Shown: in pieces, positions 1 through 9,059 of the stretch
How the letters are laid out: each line of letters starts with the position of its first letter
How positions within the stretch are numbered: position 1 is the first letter of the stretch
IMG/VR virus record: IMGVR_UViG_3300022554_000002
Coordinates: 1 to 64,000 of that record
Source of the DNA: a virus
Direction: 5' to 3' (one strand)
DNA: 64,000 nucleotides
Made by a program: the position numbers and the translations under genes
The notes under the pieces: model-generated
Database searches by the model: none
What the model saw: only the letters and a program-made list of their open reading frames with translations
What the model was told of the DNA's origin: nothing

Positions 1-7
1 TGGTAAT

Positions 8-265
8 ATGCAACTTATTGATAATAAGTGGGATTTCTCTCCCCTTAGTATCATTGGTTGCAAGTATACCATGAATGTTGTAGCATATGGCAAAATTAGC
101 ATAGGTTGCAAAATTCATACAATTGATGAATGGAAACGTATTGGTAAACAACTTGCTAAGAGTGAAGGATTGACGAAGCAAGAATTGAGTGATTTTACAA
201 AGTTTTTCATTGTTGTGGTAAATTGGATGAAAGAAAGAAAAATTGAAAAGCCACTTGACAAATAG
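8..265 (+). CDS. hypothetical protein
   Basis: ORF track; 3' end overlaps the downstream promoter. Confidence 0.55.
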   Translation: MQLIDNKWDFSPLSIIGCKYTMNVVAYGKISIGCKIHTIDEWKRIGKQLAKSEGLTKQELSDFTKFFIVVVNWMKERKIEKPLDK

Positions 266-282
266 GTTTTTGGTTGTATAAT
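255..282 (+). promoter_or_regulatory. sigma70-type promoter TTGACA-N16-TATAAT
   Basis: Perfect -35/-10 hexamers upstream of the rIIB-like gene. Confidence 0.85.
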
Positions 283-302
283 AATAAAAGAGACAAAGGA
301 GA

Positions 303-1205
303 TTGAAAATGAACTTTATCAAGTCAGGAAACGGTGTGGTTGTAATATTCAAAGACACGATTCGTCCGGTAAGGGCCGACAGTCCTGTTTTTGAAAAGTT
401 GATGGACGCTCTTCGTAAGAATGCCGAAGACCTTGTTCGGGATTTGATTGACAAGGCACAAGCTATTCGTAAGCATTCTTCTGGTCTGTTCCATGCTGAT
501 GAAAATGGCACTGTGTATCTTGGTAGTGAGGCTGTTCCTGCTACTCTTGCCAACCATCTTGTTAAGTTCATGGAAGCTGGTGTACCCGTTCAACCTCTTA
601 TTGCATTTTGGGACAGGCTGAAGAAGAATCCTAGCCCTAGTGCTCGTAAGGATTTGTACGATTTTCTTGTGGTCAACTCTGTACCTTTGACTGAAGATGG
701 AAAGTTTCTTGGTTATCGTCGCGTTAGTGATGATTACCTTGATTTGTATACTGGTAAGATTGACAATTCCGTTGGTTCATATGTCAGTATGGACCGTAAA
801 TTGGTAGATGCTGACCGAAACAATACCTGTTCAACGGGACTACATGTTGCTGCTTATAATTATGCTGCTAATGTTTATGGTAATGGTCGAGGCAAGCTTG
901 TAGAAGTGCTTGTTGACCCTGAAGATGTTGTTGCTGTTCCTCCCGATTATGACCAGCAAAAGATGCGTGTTTGTGCTTATGAGGTTGTGCGTGATTGTTC
1001 TGGTGAACATAAGACGTTGATTGTTGAGGAAGAACAGGGTAAGAACCGTCGCACGTACTATCTTAGGAATTTCAAAAATCCTTGTAAGTCTATGACAATT
1101 GAGGATATTACAAGCCATAAGCCTACGAAGGCTGGTCACTATTCTAGTGTTCGTGCTTCTACGACTGAAGAAGCATATCAAGAGTTCTTGAAGCGAGTGA
1201 AGTAG
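303..1205 (+). CDS. rIIB: rIIB-like protector from lysis exclusion
   Basis: Motifs FWDRLKKNPS, LYDFL, PLTEDGKFLGYRRV, DLYTG, CSTGLH, VLVDPEDVVAVP are typical of T4 rIIB homologs; start probably ATG 309. Confidence 0.85.
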   Translation: MKMNFIKSGNGVVVIFKDTIRPVRADSPVFEKLMDALRKNAEDLVRDLIDKAQAIRKHSSGLFHADENGTVYLGSEAVPATLANHLVKFMEAGVPVQPLIAFWDRLKKNPSPSARKDLYDFLVVNSVPLTEDGKFLGYRRVSDDYLDLYTGKIDNSVGSYVSMDRKLVDADRNNTCSTGLHVAAYNYAANVYGNGRGKLVEVLVDPEDVVAVPPDYDQQKMRVCAYEVVRDCSGEHKTLIVEEEQGKNRRTYYLRNFKNPCKSMTIEDITSHKPTKAGHYSSVRASTTEEAYQEFLKRVK

Positions 1206-1241
1206 GTTTATAGTACGATGTAACAGTATGGTAAGATGTAA

Positions 1242-1274
1242 AAAATGGAGAAGTCTGAACAACTTCTCCATTTT
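1242..1274 (+). terminator. intrinsic terminator hairpin
   Basis: 13-bp perfect stem AAAATGGAGAAGT/ACTTCTCCATTTT, 7-nt loop, T-rich tail after rIIB. Confidence 0.8.
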
Positions 1275-1280
1275 ATTTTC

Positions 1281-1309
1281 TTGACAAATGATCTTGTTGG
1301 CTGTATAAT
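1281..1309 (+). promoter_or_regulatory. sigma70-type promoter TTGACA-N17-TATAAT
   Basis: Perfect hexamers. Confidence 0.85.
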
Positions 1310-1331
1310 ATAGAATAGGAGATAAACAATA

Positions 1332-1607
1332 TTGGATGAAAATAAAACTTATTACAAAGTGTGTCACTGTAATATAAATCCAATATCTATGCAAATAAAA
1401 TTTCAATCTGCTTGCTCAGACATGTTAGATTACTTAATTGAAACTTGGACTAAACCAAAAATTAAACACAGTAAGATTTTTGTGTTTGAAACGTACAATG
1501 ATGCAAAAGACTATTTAAATAGGTTATATTTTAGTGCAATTATTGAGTGCAAAATTAAAAATCCACACCTATACATTCTGGCAGGCTTGGGGTCTGTGGG
1601 TATTTAG
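1332..1607 (+). CDS. hypothetical protein, paralog family A (copy 1)
   Basis: TYYKV..W.KPKIK.SKIFVF..ECKIKNP shared with 6500 and 7432. Confidence 0.7.
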   Translation: MDENKTYYKVCHCNINPISMQIKFQSACSDMLDYLIETWTKPKIKHSKIFVFETYNDAKDYLNRLYFSAIIECKIKNPHLYILAGLGSVGI

Positions 1608-1630
1608 TAATATTATGTTTAAGACAGATA

Positions 1631-2098
1631 TTGCTAGTAGCAAGAAGGAGAAGCAAAATGCCTAAGATTGTTCTCAATAAATGCTATGGTGGATTTAGTA
1701 TTAGTCCAGAAGCTTGCTTATGGCTTTTTGAACATGGATTTTATAGTAAACCTGAAAATAAGGAATATATTACTCCGGTTGAAAAGTATTTTGGTGGTGA
1801 TGAAAAAACAGAATTAACACGATGGAGAAAATATCTAAAGGATAGGACAGAGCAGTTTTGTCTTTTTGTTTTTACACCAGACGAGAAATATGTTCTTGAT
1901 AGCCATTTCAGTACATATGATACTCCTAAAGTACGTGCAGATGAACTTTTAGTTCAATGCGTGGAAACGTTAGGAGATAAAGCCAACGGTCAATGTGCAA
2001 AACTAAGAATTGTTGAAATTCCTGATGATGTTGATTGGGAAATTGATGAATATGATGGTATGGAAAGTGTTGAAGAAAAACATAGAAGTTGGGGATAA
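1631..2098 (+). CDS. conserved phage hypothetical protein
   Basis: KIVLNKCYGGFS..LRIVEIPDDVDWEIDEYDG pattern; likely start ATG 1658 after AAGGAG. Confidence 0.7.
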   Translation: MLVARRRSKMPKIVLNKCYGGFSISPEACLWLFEHGFYSKPENKEYITPVEKYFGGDEKTELTRWRKYLKDRTEQFCLFVFTPDEKYVLDSHFSTYDTPKVRADELLVQCVETLGDKANGQCAKLRIVEIPDDVDWEIDEYDGMESVEEKHRSWG

Positions 2099-2100
2099 AA

Positions 2101-2565
2101 ATGGCAAAAGTAATGTATATCATGCGTGGACTTCCCGGTTCTGGAAAGTCCTATTTCATTAGCATGTTTAGATACCCCGCTGTCTGTTCTGCTGACGCTT
2201 ATTTCATGGTTGGTAGTATGTATTTATTTGACCGAACAGCACTAGGTGATGCACATAAGATGTGCAAATTCAAAGCACATCAGGCTTGTAAGGCTGGTAT
2301 TGAAGCTGTTTATATTGATAATACAAATACCACATGGAAAGAAATTTTGCCATATGTTACAATAGCTGAACAATATGGCTATGAAGTAATGTTTGTAAGT
2401 CCTAACACGGCTTGGGCAAATGACGTAGAAGAATGTTTTAAACGTAATACACATGGTGTGCCAAAAGAAGTCATTCAAGCAATGAAAGACCGTTGGCAGG
2501 ATAGCAATACAATTTTTCATAACATGAATACTGAATTTCCTAATGTTAAAGGCTCATTTATTTAA
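2101..2565 (+). CDS. AAA_33 / N4BP2-like P-loop polynucleotide kinase
   Basis: Walker A GLPGSGKS, IDNTN, ECFKRNTHGVP. Confidence 0.8.
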   Translation: MAKVMYIMRGLPGSGKSYFISMFRYPAVCSADAYFMVGSMYLFDRTALGDAHKMCKFKAHQACKAGIEAVYIDNTNTTWKEILPYVTIAEQYGYEVMFVSPNTAWANDVEECFKRNTHGVPKEVIQAMKDRWQDSNTIFHNMNTEFPNVKGSFI

Positions 2566-2579
2566 GGATTGGATAAATT

Positions 2580-2768
2580 ATGAAAACTCATAGCTTTATT
2601 TGGGCATTAAAACGAGTATTAAGAGAAGGAAAGACAGTACGAAGACTGGCATGGAAATTACCAGCAAGATTTTCACCGGATGGTTTTTTTAATACTTTTA
2701 ATCATAAAACAGATATTAACCATAATGATATTATTGCTAAAGATTGGGTAAATTATGAAGCTGAATGA
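2580..2768 (+). CDS. DUF2829 / Tad2-like small protein
   Basis: F..ALK..L.EGK.VRR..W ... DIIAKDW pattern. Confidence 0.55.
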   Translation: MKTHSFIWALKRVLREGKTVRRLAWKLPARFSPDGFFNTFNHKTDINHNDIIAKDWVNYEAE

Positions 2769-3000
2769 ATGCCTAGGTTGTGGAAAAGAACTGTCCGTGT
2801 ATAACTATGAACGGTGTGAAAAATGTAATGCTTGGCAAATTTCTAAAGGTGATAGAATTGACCAAGCAAATTATATTTTAAAAGAAGCTCTTAAGAAGAT
2901 ACATAACTTAGGTGTGCTTGTTCAAATGGACAACGGTGAAAAAATTTCAAATAAGCACTTTCCAGTGTTAGCTATTGAAAATTACAACTCCCTGCGGTAA
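2755..3000 (+). CDS. hypothetical Cys-pair protein
   Basis: ORF with CxxC..CxxC. Confidence 0.6.
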   Translation: MKLNECLGCGKELSVYNYERCEKCNAWQISKGDRIDQANYILKEALKKIHNLGVLVQMDNGEKISNKHFPVLAIENYNSLR

Positions 3001-3006
3001 TTTTCC

Positions 3007-3034
3007 TTGACAAATAAAACTTTGATTGTATAAT
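3007..3034 (+). promoter_or_regulatory. sigma70-type promoter (N16)
   Basis: TTGACA-16-TATAAT. Confidence 0.8.
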
Positions 3035-3850
3035 GATGATATGCAACAGGTAAATTTTAGAGTTAAAGCAAAATTAAATATTTTACTAGAAGAAAGATTA
3101 GAATCATATTATTGGATGGGCTTTCTTACTGCTGATGGTTATTTTTCAAAAGAAAATAGATTAGCCTTAAGACTATCACAAAAAGATCAAAAGCACCTAA
3201 TAAATTTTTGTAGTTATATTTCTTGTAATAATTATAAAAATTTTAATTATAATAACTATCAAAGCTGTAGCATTAGTATACAAGATAATTATACTATTCC
3301 TAAAATAAAAACAAAATTTGATCTTAAACTATGTAAAACATATAATCCACCAGAAAACTTAACATGGTTAACTGGTGATAAGCTAATAGCATTTTTTATT
3401 GGTTTTATTGATGGTGATGGTTGCATAGGTTTTCAATATGGTAGAAATGATTGTATACTAAGAATTAAAATACATAGTTCTTGGCTTAATATATTAAACT
3501 ATATAGTTTCTTCAATATGTAAAATTATTAATACAAAAAACCCTAAAGCAAAAATTAATAATAGTGGATATGCAGAAATTAGTATAAGTAACAGTTTAAT
3601 TCTTAAATTTTTAAAAAATAAAACAAAAGAACTATGCTTACCTGTTCTTAGTAGAAAATGGGATAAAATAAAAGAAAATAATATTAATAAAAATGAAATA
3701 GCAAAAATTAGAAAAGACACGGTTTTAACTGCTTTTAATAAAGGCATGACTAGAAAAGAAATTTCTTCTAAATTTAACTTGACATATGGCTGTGTTAACC
3801 GTATAATATGGTTAGGAGCTAAATATAGAAAGGAGAGGTTTGATGAATAG
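3026..3850 (+). mobile_element. free-standing double-motif LAGLIDADG homing endonuclease
   Basis: Two motifs WMGFLTADG and FIGFIDGDG, very AT/Lys-rich, C-terminal HTH-like tail; start probably ATG 3041. Confidence 0.85.
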
Positions 3851-4419
3851 TTGGATTACATCAGACACACACTTTTAACCATGTAAACATGTGTGGACCA
3901 TCTCTTTCTAAATGGAATGGTGGTCACCGAAACTTTTCTAGTTTGAAAGAAATGAACGACACTATAATTAATAATATTAATTCTATGGTGCAAAAGGAAG
4001 ATACTCTTTATCACCTTGGCGACTTCGCTATGGGTAATCGAAAGGAAATTCCTGAACTACGTAGCCGAATCAACTGTAAAAATATTATTCTTGTTCTTGG
4101 TAATCATGATGAACAATTGCAAAAACAGTTTAGTTCGCTGTTTACACAACTCGTTCCATACCTTGAACTTAGGATTAATAAGACGCTTGTAACTATGATG
4201 CATTATCCTATTGCATCATGGAATGAAATTGGACGTGGCTCTATTAACTTACACGGACACTCTCATGGAAACTACAAGGCTATTGGTAGGCAGTATGATG
4301 TTGGCATGGATTGCAATAATCTAATGCCTTTAAATCTACCAGAATTGATTGCTAAAATTATTACAACTACTCCAATTAAATCCTCAGACCATCATGGAGC
4401 ACACACTAATTATGGTTGA
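3843..4419 (+). CDS. calcineurin-like metallophosphoesterase interrupted by a +1 frameshift at codon 11
   Basis: MNSWITSDTHF (3843-3875, frame stops at TAA) continues in +1 frame as NHVNMCGP..HLGDF..LGNHD..MHYP..HGHSH. Confidence 0.8.
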
Positions 4420-4621
4420 TAGCTATAAACGAAGTATTATTAAAGCTATTAGTTGGAGATTATTGTCAAGTAGCATTACTGTTATGTTGTGTTTATTTTT
4501 TACTGATTCTGTATCTATTGCTGCAACAATAGGAACCATTGATGTGATCATAAAGTTATTTATTTATTTTCTACATGAACGAATTTGGGAACATATCTCA
4601 TATGAGCGGACAAATAAATGA
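4412..4621 (+). CDS. DUF2061-like membrane protein
   Basis: KRSIIKAISWR..KLFIYFLHERIW. Confidence 0.75.
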   Translation: MVDSYKRSIIKAISWRLLSSSITVMLCLFFTDSVSIAATIGTIDVIIKLFIYFLHERIWEHISYERTNK

Positions 4622-4839
4622 GAATTCAAAAAACCTGTGGTACTTGTAAATTTTACCACATTGATGATAATGGTCCGGTACTGCATTGTGGGCAATGTCT
4701 TTGTCCTGTGCCACCACATTTTAAACAACAATACAATACTGTTTTTGCAAATGACCCTACCACTTGTCCTTGTTGGCAAATGGTTCTTAATGTTGTTAAA
4801 GTTACTTCCCTGAAGGGAATAAAAGAATGGCTAGAATAA
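4618..4839 (+). CDS. Cys-rich hypothetical protein
   Basis: ORF, CxxC motifs. Confidence 0.55.
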   Translation: MRIQKTCGTCKFYHIDDNGPVLHCGQCLCPVPPHFKQQYNTVFANDPTTCPCWQMVLNVVKVTSLKGIKEWLE

Positions 4840-5318
4840 GCTTATTTGAAGTATTAAAACGACAAAACAAATTACAAACTGCAATTGATGAAATTAAGAA
4901 ATTTGATAATGATGCTGGTAAGGGAATGGAGTGGTTATGTAATTTTGTAAAATGCTCTGCTCCCACCGCGAAAAAACTTTACGGTGAACTAAAAGAATTT
5001 ATTACAACCGATGAACCCGAAAGTAAACCAACGCAACCAGTACAAACAGAACACATTAAAATTACAAAAGCTGATTTAGAAGAAGTTAAAAAGAATAACA
5101 AGAAACAGCTTTGGGCAGTATGTACTAAACCTTTACGTGGTGTATACTTACGTCCAAACGATAAAGGTGATGGTGAAGAGTACAAACATGTAAGCTTATA
5201 TCTTGGTTGTGTTCATGCTGATACCGAGAAAGAGGCTGTTGACTTGGCCAAACAAAAATATGATGCTTTACCTGTATTAGAAAATGAAAGCTTCTTCGCT
5301 TTCAAGGTATGCTCATGA
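4827..5318 (+). CDS. hypothetical protein
   Basis: ORF, coupled to neighbours. Confidence 0.65.
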   Translation: MARISLFEVLKRQNKLQTAIDEIKKFDNDAGKGMEWLCNFVKCSAPTAKKLYGELKEFITTDEPESKPTQPVQTEHIKITKADLEEVKKNNKKQLWAVCTKPLRGVYLRPNDKGDGEEYKHVSLYLGCVHADTEKEAVDLAKQKYDALPVLENESFFAFKVCS

Positions 5319-5635
5319 CAGACAAAGACAGAGAACGACATAAAAAATTTAGGCGATTATTGCCACTAAGAAGAAAAGCTTTAATACAAAAGCTTGGTGG
5401 TAAATGTGCTGTCTGTGGATTGGAACACAATCTTGAATTTGATCACTATCCAAAACGCTGTGAATTTGAACACAAGAAGTTATCTCGCTGGACACGATTA
5501 AAACGATATGAAGAGGATGCTGCAAAAGGCAATCTAAGGCTACTATGCAAAAAATGTAATAAAAGTCATGGTGGTGCAATTAGTGCATGGGAAGCAGGTT
5601 TTATAAAGGCAGAAAAGGAGCAAAATGATAACTGA
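5309..5635 (+). CDS. HNH endonuclease-like protein
   Basis: CAVCG..LEFDH..LRLLCKKCNKSH. Confidence 0.75.
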   Translation: MLMTDKDRERHKKFRRLLPLRRKALIQKLGGKCAVCGLEHNLEFDHYPKRCEFEHKKLSRWTRLKRYEEDAAKGNLRLLCKKCNKSHGGAISAWEAGFIKAEKEQNDN

Positions 5636-5840
5636 TGGCAGTTTAAAACGTAAAGTATGTTGTATTGGTGGTCCAAGTGATGGACAAATTATCACTATTT
5701 CAACCAATAAAAATACACCACTACCTGCGTCATTATCATTAACAAAAACAACATGGAAAAAAGCACATATATACAATTTAACATATGATGCAAAGAAAAA
5801 GAAGTATTATTACACGTATATTAAAACAGAAAAGACTTGA
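5625..5840 (+). CDS. hypothetical protein
   Basis: ORF; GGPSDG motif like 15236; stop TGA lies within the next -35 box. Confidence 0.6.
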   Translation: MITDGSLKRKVCCIGGPSDGQIITISTNKNTPLPASLSLTKTTWKKAHIYNLTYDAKKKKYYYTYIKTEKT

Positions 5841-5887
5841 CAAACAGGTTTTCGCCTGTATAATATTGAAAGGTTAGATTAATTACC
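5836..5887 (+). repeat. 52-bp promoter/leader repeat copy 1 (TTGACA-N16-TATAAT at 5837-5864)
   Basis: 48/52 identical to 12069-12120. Confidence 0.85.
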
Positions 5888-5902
5888 ATTCAGGAGAAAA
5901 CC

Positions 5903-6088
5903 ATGAAATGCAGATGCGGCGGGACGATGAAGTTGGTTGGTTCACTCCCAGCTACTTCGGCAGGCGGAGAGGTAAGGCGTTACGAGTGTGACAAATGCAA
6001 GTCAACCGAAACTGTTGAACTGTGGCATGTCGGGTGTAGCAGTACGGGCAACTCATGGAGTCGAATACTGTCAGCCCTATACAGATAA
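5903..6088 (+). CDS. small zinc-ribbon hypothetical protein
   Basis: CRCGG..CDKC, SD AGGAG, visibly GC-richer than flanks. Confidence 0.6.
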   Translation: MKCRCGGTMKLVGSLPATSAGGEVRRYECDKCKSTETVELWHVGCSSTGNSWSRILSALYR

Positions 6089-6115
6089 CTGGAGTTATCT
6101 TACAAGAGGTATGCA

Positions 6116-6307
6116 ATGGGCATGAAAATACATCATGGATTTGTTTCTACGGGATTTAGAAACGATCCTCCACTCGTTCTTGTCCAAGCTGAGGACCATA
6201 TTGGACACGTAGATATTGCCATGACACCACAACAAGCTGTGGAGTTCGCTAAAGAACTTATTGAGAAATCTAAAATGGCCAAGAACGTTACTTTTAAAAA
6301 GGAATAA
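6116..6307 (+). CDS. hypothetical protein
   Basis: ORF with SD GAGG. Confidence 0.6.
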   Translation: MGMKIHHGFVSTGFRNDPPLVLVQAEDHIGHVDIAMTPQQAVEFAKELIEKSKMAKNVTFKKE

Positions 6308-6310
6308 TTA

Positions 6311-6487
6311 ATGCGATACTTTTTATTCGGTGTAATTCTTTTCAGTTTTAGCTTCTTCTCAGGATGTAAGCGAGTGGAACTTGAGACTCCTACAATTCAA
6401 AAAGGTGGAGATTCTGAATCACTTGAAGAAGACCGAACACTACCCAGTGACTTTAAAGAACGTATGCGTCATATTTGCCCATTTTAA
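6311..6487 (+). CDS. small predicted lipoprotein (58 aa, not in ORF track)
   Basis: MRYFLFGVILFSFSFFSG-C signal peptide/lipobox, read manually. Confidence 0.55.
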   Translation: MRYFLFGVILFSFSFFSGCKRVELETPTIQKGGDSESLEEDRTLPSDFKERMRHICPF

Positions 6488-6499
6488 AGGAAAAATGAA

Positions 6500-6886
6500 A
6501 TGACTTATTACAAAGTTGTGTGTGCTGCTAGTAAGAAACTCTACTCTGCGGTGCTTCCGTACCATTTTACTTGTGCACAACCAATTCGCTATGTCAAAAA
6601 TAAATGGACTAAGCCTAAAATTAAAAACTCTAAATTATTTGTGTATGATGATTTAGACCGTGCACTAGAGTTTGCAAGTTTAGAAGGTGGACGAGTGGTT
6701 TATGAGTGTAAAGTTAAAAATCCTGTAGAACAAACCACAATTTCAAAAAGAATGGCAAATTTGACTTACATTACACCAAAAGAATTTTGGAAAACATTTG
6801 GAGCAGGATTTGATAAAGACGAAACATGGAAAAGTAAAACAGTTAATATCTATTGTGATGAAGTAAAAATTATAAAGAGGGTTTAA
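6500..6886 (+). CDS. hypothetical protein, paralog family A (copy 2)
   Basis: TYYKV..WTKPKIKNSKLFVY..ECKVKNP. Confidence 0.75.
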   Translation: MTYYKVVCAASKKLYSAVLPYHFTCAQPIRYVKNKWTKPKIKNSKLFVYDDLDRALEFASLEGGRVVYECKVKNPVEQTTISKRMANLTYITPKEFWKTFGAGFDKDETWKSKTVNIYCDEVKIIKRV

Positions 6887-6888
6887 TC

Positions 6889-7137
6889 ATGGCCGAAAAA
6901 CTGAAACCTGTCTTTCCAAAGGAAAAGCCAGCTATTCAATCCTTCACCACCGAAGAGTTATTAGAAGAGGTTAAGCGAAGGTCTATTAGCTGTCTTCTCT
7001 GTACAACGGTATTAGAAGATGGTGGACAAACTAAAGACCTTGCATCTTGTAAAGGAAGTCCGATAATCTTTCAATCCATTTGTTTATTCGGACAACAAGC
7101 GTGTAAAAAACATTATGAAAAATTTGGATTAGCATAA
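6889..7137 (+). CDS. hypothetical protein
   Basis: ORF with SD GAGG. Confidence 0.6.
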   Translation: MAEKLKPVFPKEKPAIQSFTTEELLEEVKRRSISCLLCTTVLEDGGQTKDLASCKGSPIIFQSICLFGQQACKKHYEKFGLA

Positions 7138-7159
7138 ATTTAGCAGATTATATTATTAG

Positions 7160-7372
7160 ATGGATAAGACTGGACTCGCCTACACAAATATTATAAGAAC
7201 CGCTTGTTTAGGAATATTACATTATGGTCATAGGGGTGAATGGAAAGAGTACGAAACGTACATCGAATTCCATTGTGATCATTGTGAGTGTAGTTGTATG
7301 ATAAAACAGACAGGAAAACAGTATGTTATTACAGGTGATGCTCAAAATACGATGTGTAGTAAAAAATCCTGA
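7160..7372 (+). CDS. Cys-rich hypothetical protein
   Basis: ORF. Confidence 0.5.
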   Translation: MDKTGLAYTNIIRTACLGILHYGHRGEWKEYETYIEFHCDHCECSCMIKQTGKQYVITGDAQNTMCSKKS

Positions 7373-7381
7373 ATTTAATCC

Positions 7382-7409
7382 TTGACAATCATTAAATAGT
7401 CTGTATAAT
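7382..7409 (+). promoter_or_regulatory. sigma70-type promoter (N16)
   Basis: TTGACA-16-TATAAT. Confidence 0.85.
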
Positions 7410-7431
7410 ATAGCTAAGGAGAATTTGTCTT

Positions 7432-7812
7432 ATGCAACGAACTTATTACAAAGTTACTATTGGTTGTTCCTCTGTTAATAATTTTTTTCGTAATCGCTAC
7501 AAACGAAACACATGGATAAAAGCTAAAAAAATTTGGGAACAACCAACAAAACTGTTTATTTTTAAAAACTACAATGATGCAGCTAACTTTGCTGATTTAT
7601 CATTCTTTCCAGCTTGTATTTGGAAATGTAATGTAAAAAATCCTAAAAAGCTTAATTATAGGTCAAATATATCTGGTGAAAAAGAGGAAATGTATTATTT
7701 TTGGAAAAACTATAACAATAAAAAAAGTTTGGCTGTGTATGACAAAACTCCATATGGCACTTATTGCTGTGATGCCGTGAAACTTATTAAAAGGTGCAAG
7801 ACTAATGATTAA
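7432..7812 (+). CDS. hypothetical protein, paralog family A (copy 3)
   Basis: TYYKV..WIKAKK..KLFIF..WKCNVKNP..CDAVKLIKR. Confidence 0.75.
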   Translation: MQRTYYKVTIGCSSVNNFFRNRYKRNTWIKAKKIWEQPTKLFIFKNYNDAANFADLSFFPACIWKCNVKNPKKLNYRSNISGEKEEMYYFWKNYNNKKSLAVYDKTPYGTYCCDAVKLIKRCKTND

Positions 7813-8014
7813 ATACGAAGAACATCTTTTAACCCCGAAGCAAATTCTTTGCTGTGAATTCTTTCCAGATGAAGAAACTGCCAAACGCAGGCAAAAAAGA
7901 CTAGAAAAGGTTATTCGACGTGAAGTAATGATTATGCCAAAAAAGAATCTTAAAACAGATGAAGGCACATATAAACTCTGTTGGATGGTTAGTTATATTT
8001 GTCCTAAAGGTTAA
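7805..8014 (+). CDS. hypothetical protein
   Basis: ORF. Confidence 0.55.
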   Translation: MIKYEEHLLTPKQILCCEFFPDEETAKRRQKRLEKVIRREVMIMPKKNLKTDEGTYKLCWMVSYICPKG

Positions 8015-8017
8015 AAT

Positions 8018-8386
8018 ATGCTATATTGGACTTGGTGTTTTCCACAAACTTTTTTGGGTTTTATAATTTCATTATTTTTAAAAGATAAAAATATTAGTAT
8101 TTATAATAATAAAATTGTTATATTTTCAGATGTACAATGGGCAGTTTCTTTGGGCAAATATATCATTATTGGTAGTGTTTATAAAGAAGATGAAAATGCA
8201 ATAAAGCACGAGTATGGACACTGTATTCAATCATTAATGTTAGGACCATTATATCTATTAGTCATTGGGCTTCCATCTATTGTAATGAATATTATTAGTA
8301 GGATGTCTATGTCCTTTGCTTCAAGATATTACCAACGGTGGCCTGAAAGTTGGGCAGATAAACTAGGAAAAGTCAAAAGAATTTAA
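8018..8386 (+). CDS. membrane protein with HExGH motif
   Basis: KHEYGHCIQS..LGPLYLLVIGLPS..WPESWAD. Confidence 0.65.
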   Translation: MLYWTWCFPQTFLGFIISLFLKDKNISIYNNKIVIFSDVQWAVSLGKYIIIGSVYKEDENAIKHEYGHCIQSLMLGPLYLLVIGLPSIVMNIISRMSMSFASRYYQRWPESWADKLGKVKRI

Positions 8387-8414
8387 TTGACAAATGGAAT
8401 TGTGACTGTATAAT
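8387..8414 (+). promoter_or_regulatory. sigma70-type promoter (N16)
   Basis: TTGACA-16-TATAAT. Confidence 0.8.
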
Positions 8415-8616
8415 GAGTACTAAGGAGAAAAATATGGAAAAGCAGAGTGGTAAGCGATTTTTGATTGAAATTAAGCGTGGCAAAGAAATGTTGTACTCTG
8501 TAACTCTTACCACTGATAATGAAGAAACTGCGAAGACTTGGGGTAATAAGTGGATTGAACTTAACCATTACATTTTGGACAATCCACGAGTTATTGTAAC
8601 GGAGGTTGTGAAGTGA
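8413..8616 (+). CDS. hypothetical protein
   Basis: ORF; probable start at MEKQ after AAGGAG. Confidence 0.6.
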   Translation: MSTKEKNMEKQSGKRFLIEIKRGKEMLYSVTLTTDNEETAKTWGNKWIELNHYILDNPRVIVTEVVK

Positions 8617-8918
8617 TTACTGAGAAAGTAAACAAATATTTCACTTTAGATGATTTTTCTAAGTATTCATTAGAAGAATCATTAGAAAATGTTATTAAAA
8701 TGTTACAAGAGCAGTTAGAAAAGGCTAAAAAACAATACCCTGATTGTGAATACAGTTTAGAATTCTATAGTGAATATGATGACGACAGGGTTTCGGTAAA
8801 AGCTGCACGTTTAGAAACAGATGAAGAATTTAATAAACGAGTTGAGAAAGAGAAAGCACACGTTTTAAAACAGAAAGAATTTTGGGACAATAAGGCAAAA
8901 GAGTTCCTAACAAGCTGA
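8613..8918 (+). CDS. hypothetical protein
   Basis: ORF, RLETDEEF tail. Confidence 0.6.
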   Translation: MITEKVNKYFTLDDFSKYSLEESLENVIKMLQEQLEKAKKQYPDCEYSLEFYSEYDDDRVSVKAARLETDEEFNKRVEKEKAHVLKQKEFWDNKAKEFLTS

Positions 8919-8983
8919 TAATTTCAGCCCTAGGATTGTACCTAGGAGTTTCCTGGTATAAAACCCAAGGTTAGGATTGAGAT

Positions 8984-9059
8984 AGCGGATGGCTAGGGGT
9001 GGTCCTCTGGTGACCCTCATAAGGTTACAACGGTAGTTCGATTCTATCGTCCGCTACCA
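8984..9059 (+). tRNA. tRNA-CAT (elongator Met or Ile2)
   Basis: Cloverleaf, anticodon loop CTCATAA, GTTCGATTC T-arm, encoded CCA; lacks initiator identity elements. Confidence 0.85.

Noticed and set aside
3026-3850. Group I intron around the LAGLIDADG gene
   Set aside because: No split host gene and no non-coding room for intron core helices on either side.
8925-8980. Hairpins upstream of tRNA-CAT as another tRNA
   Set aside because: Too short, no acceptor/D architecture, only weak local stems.
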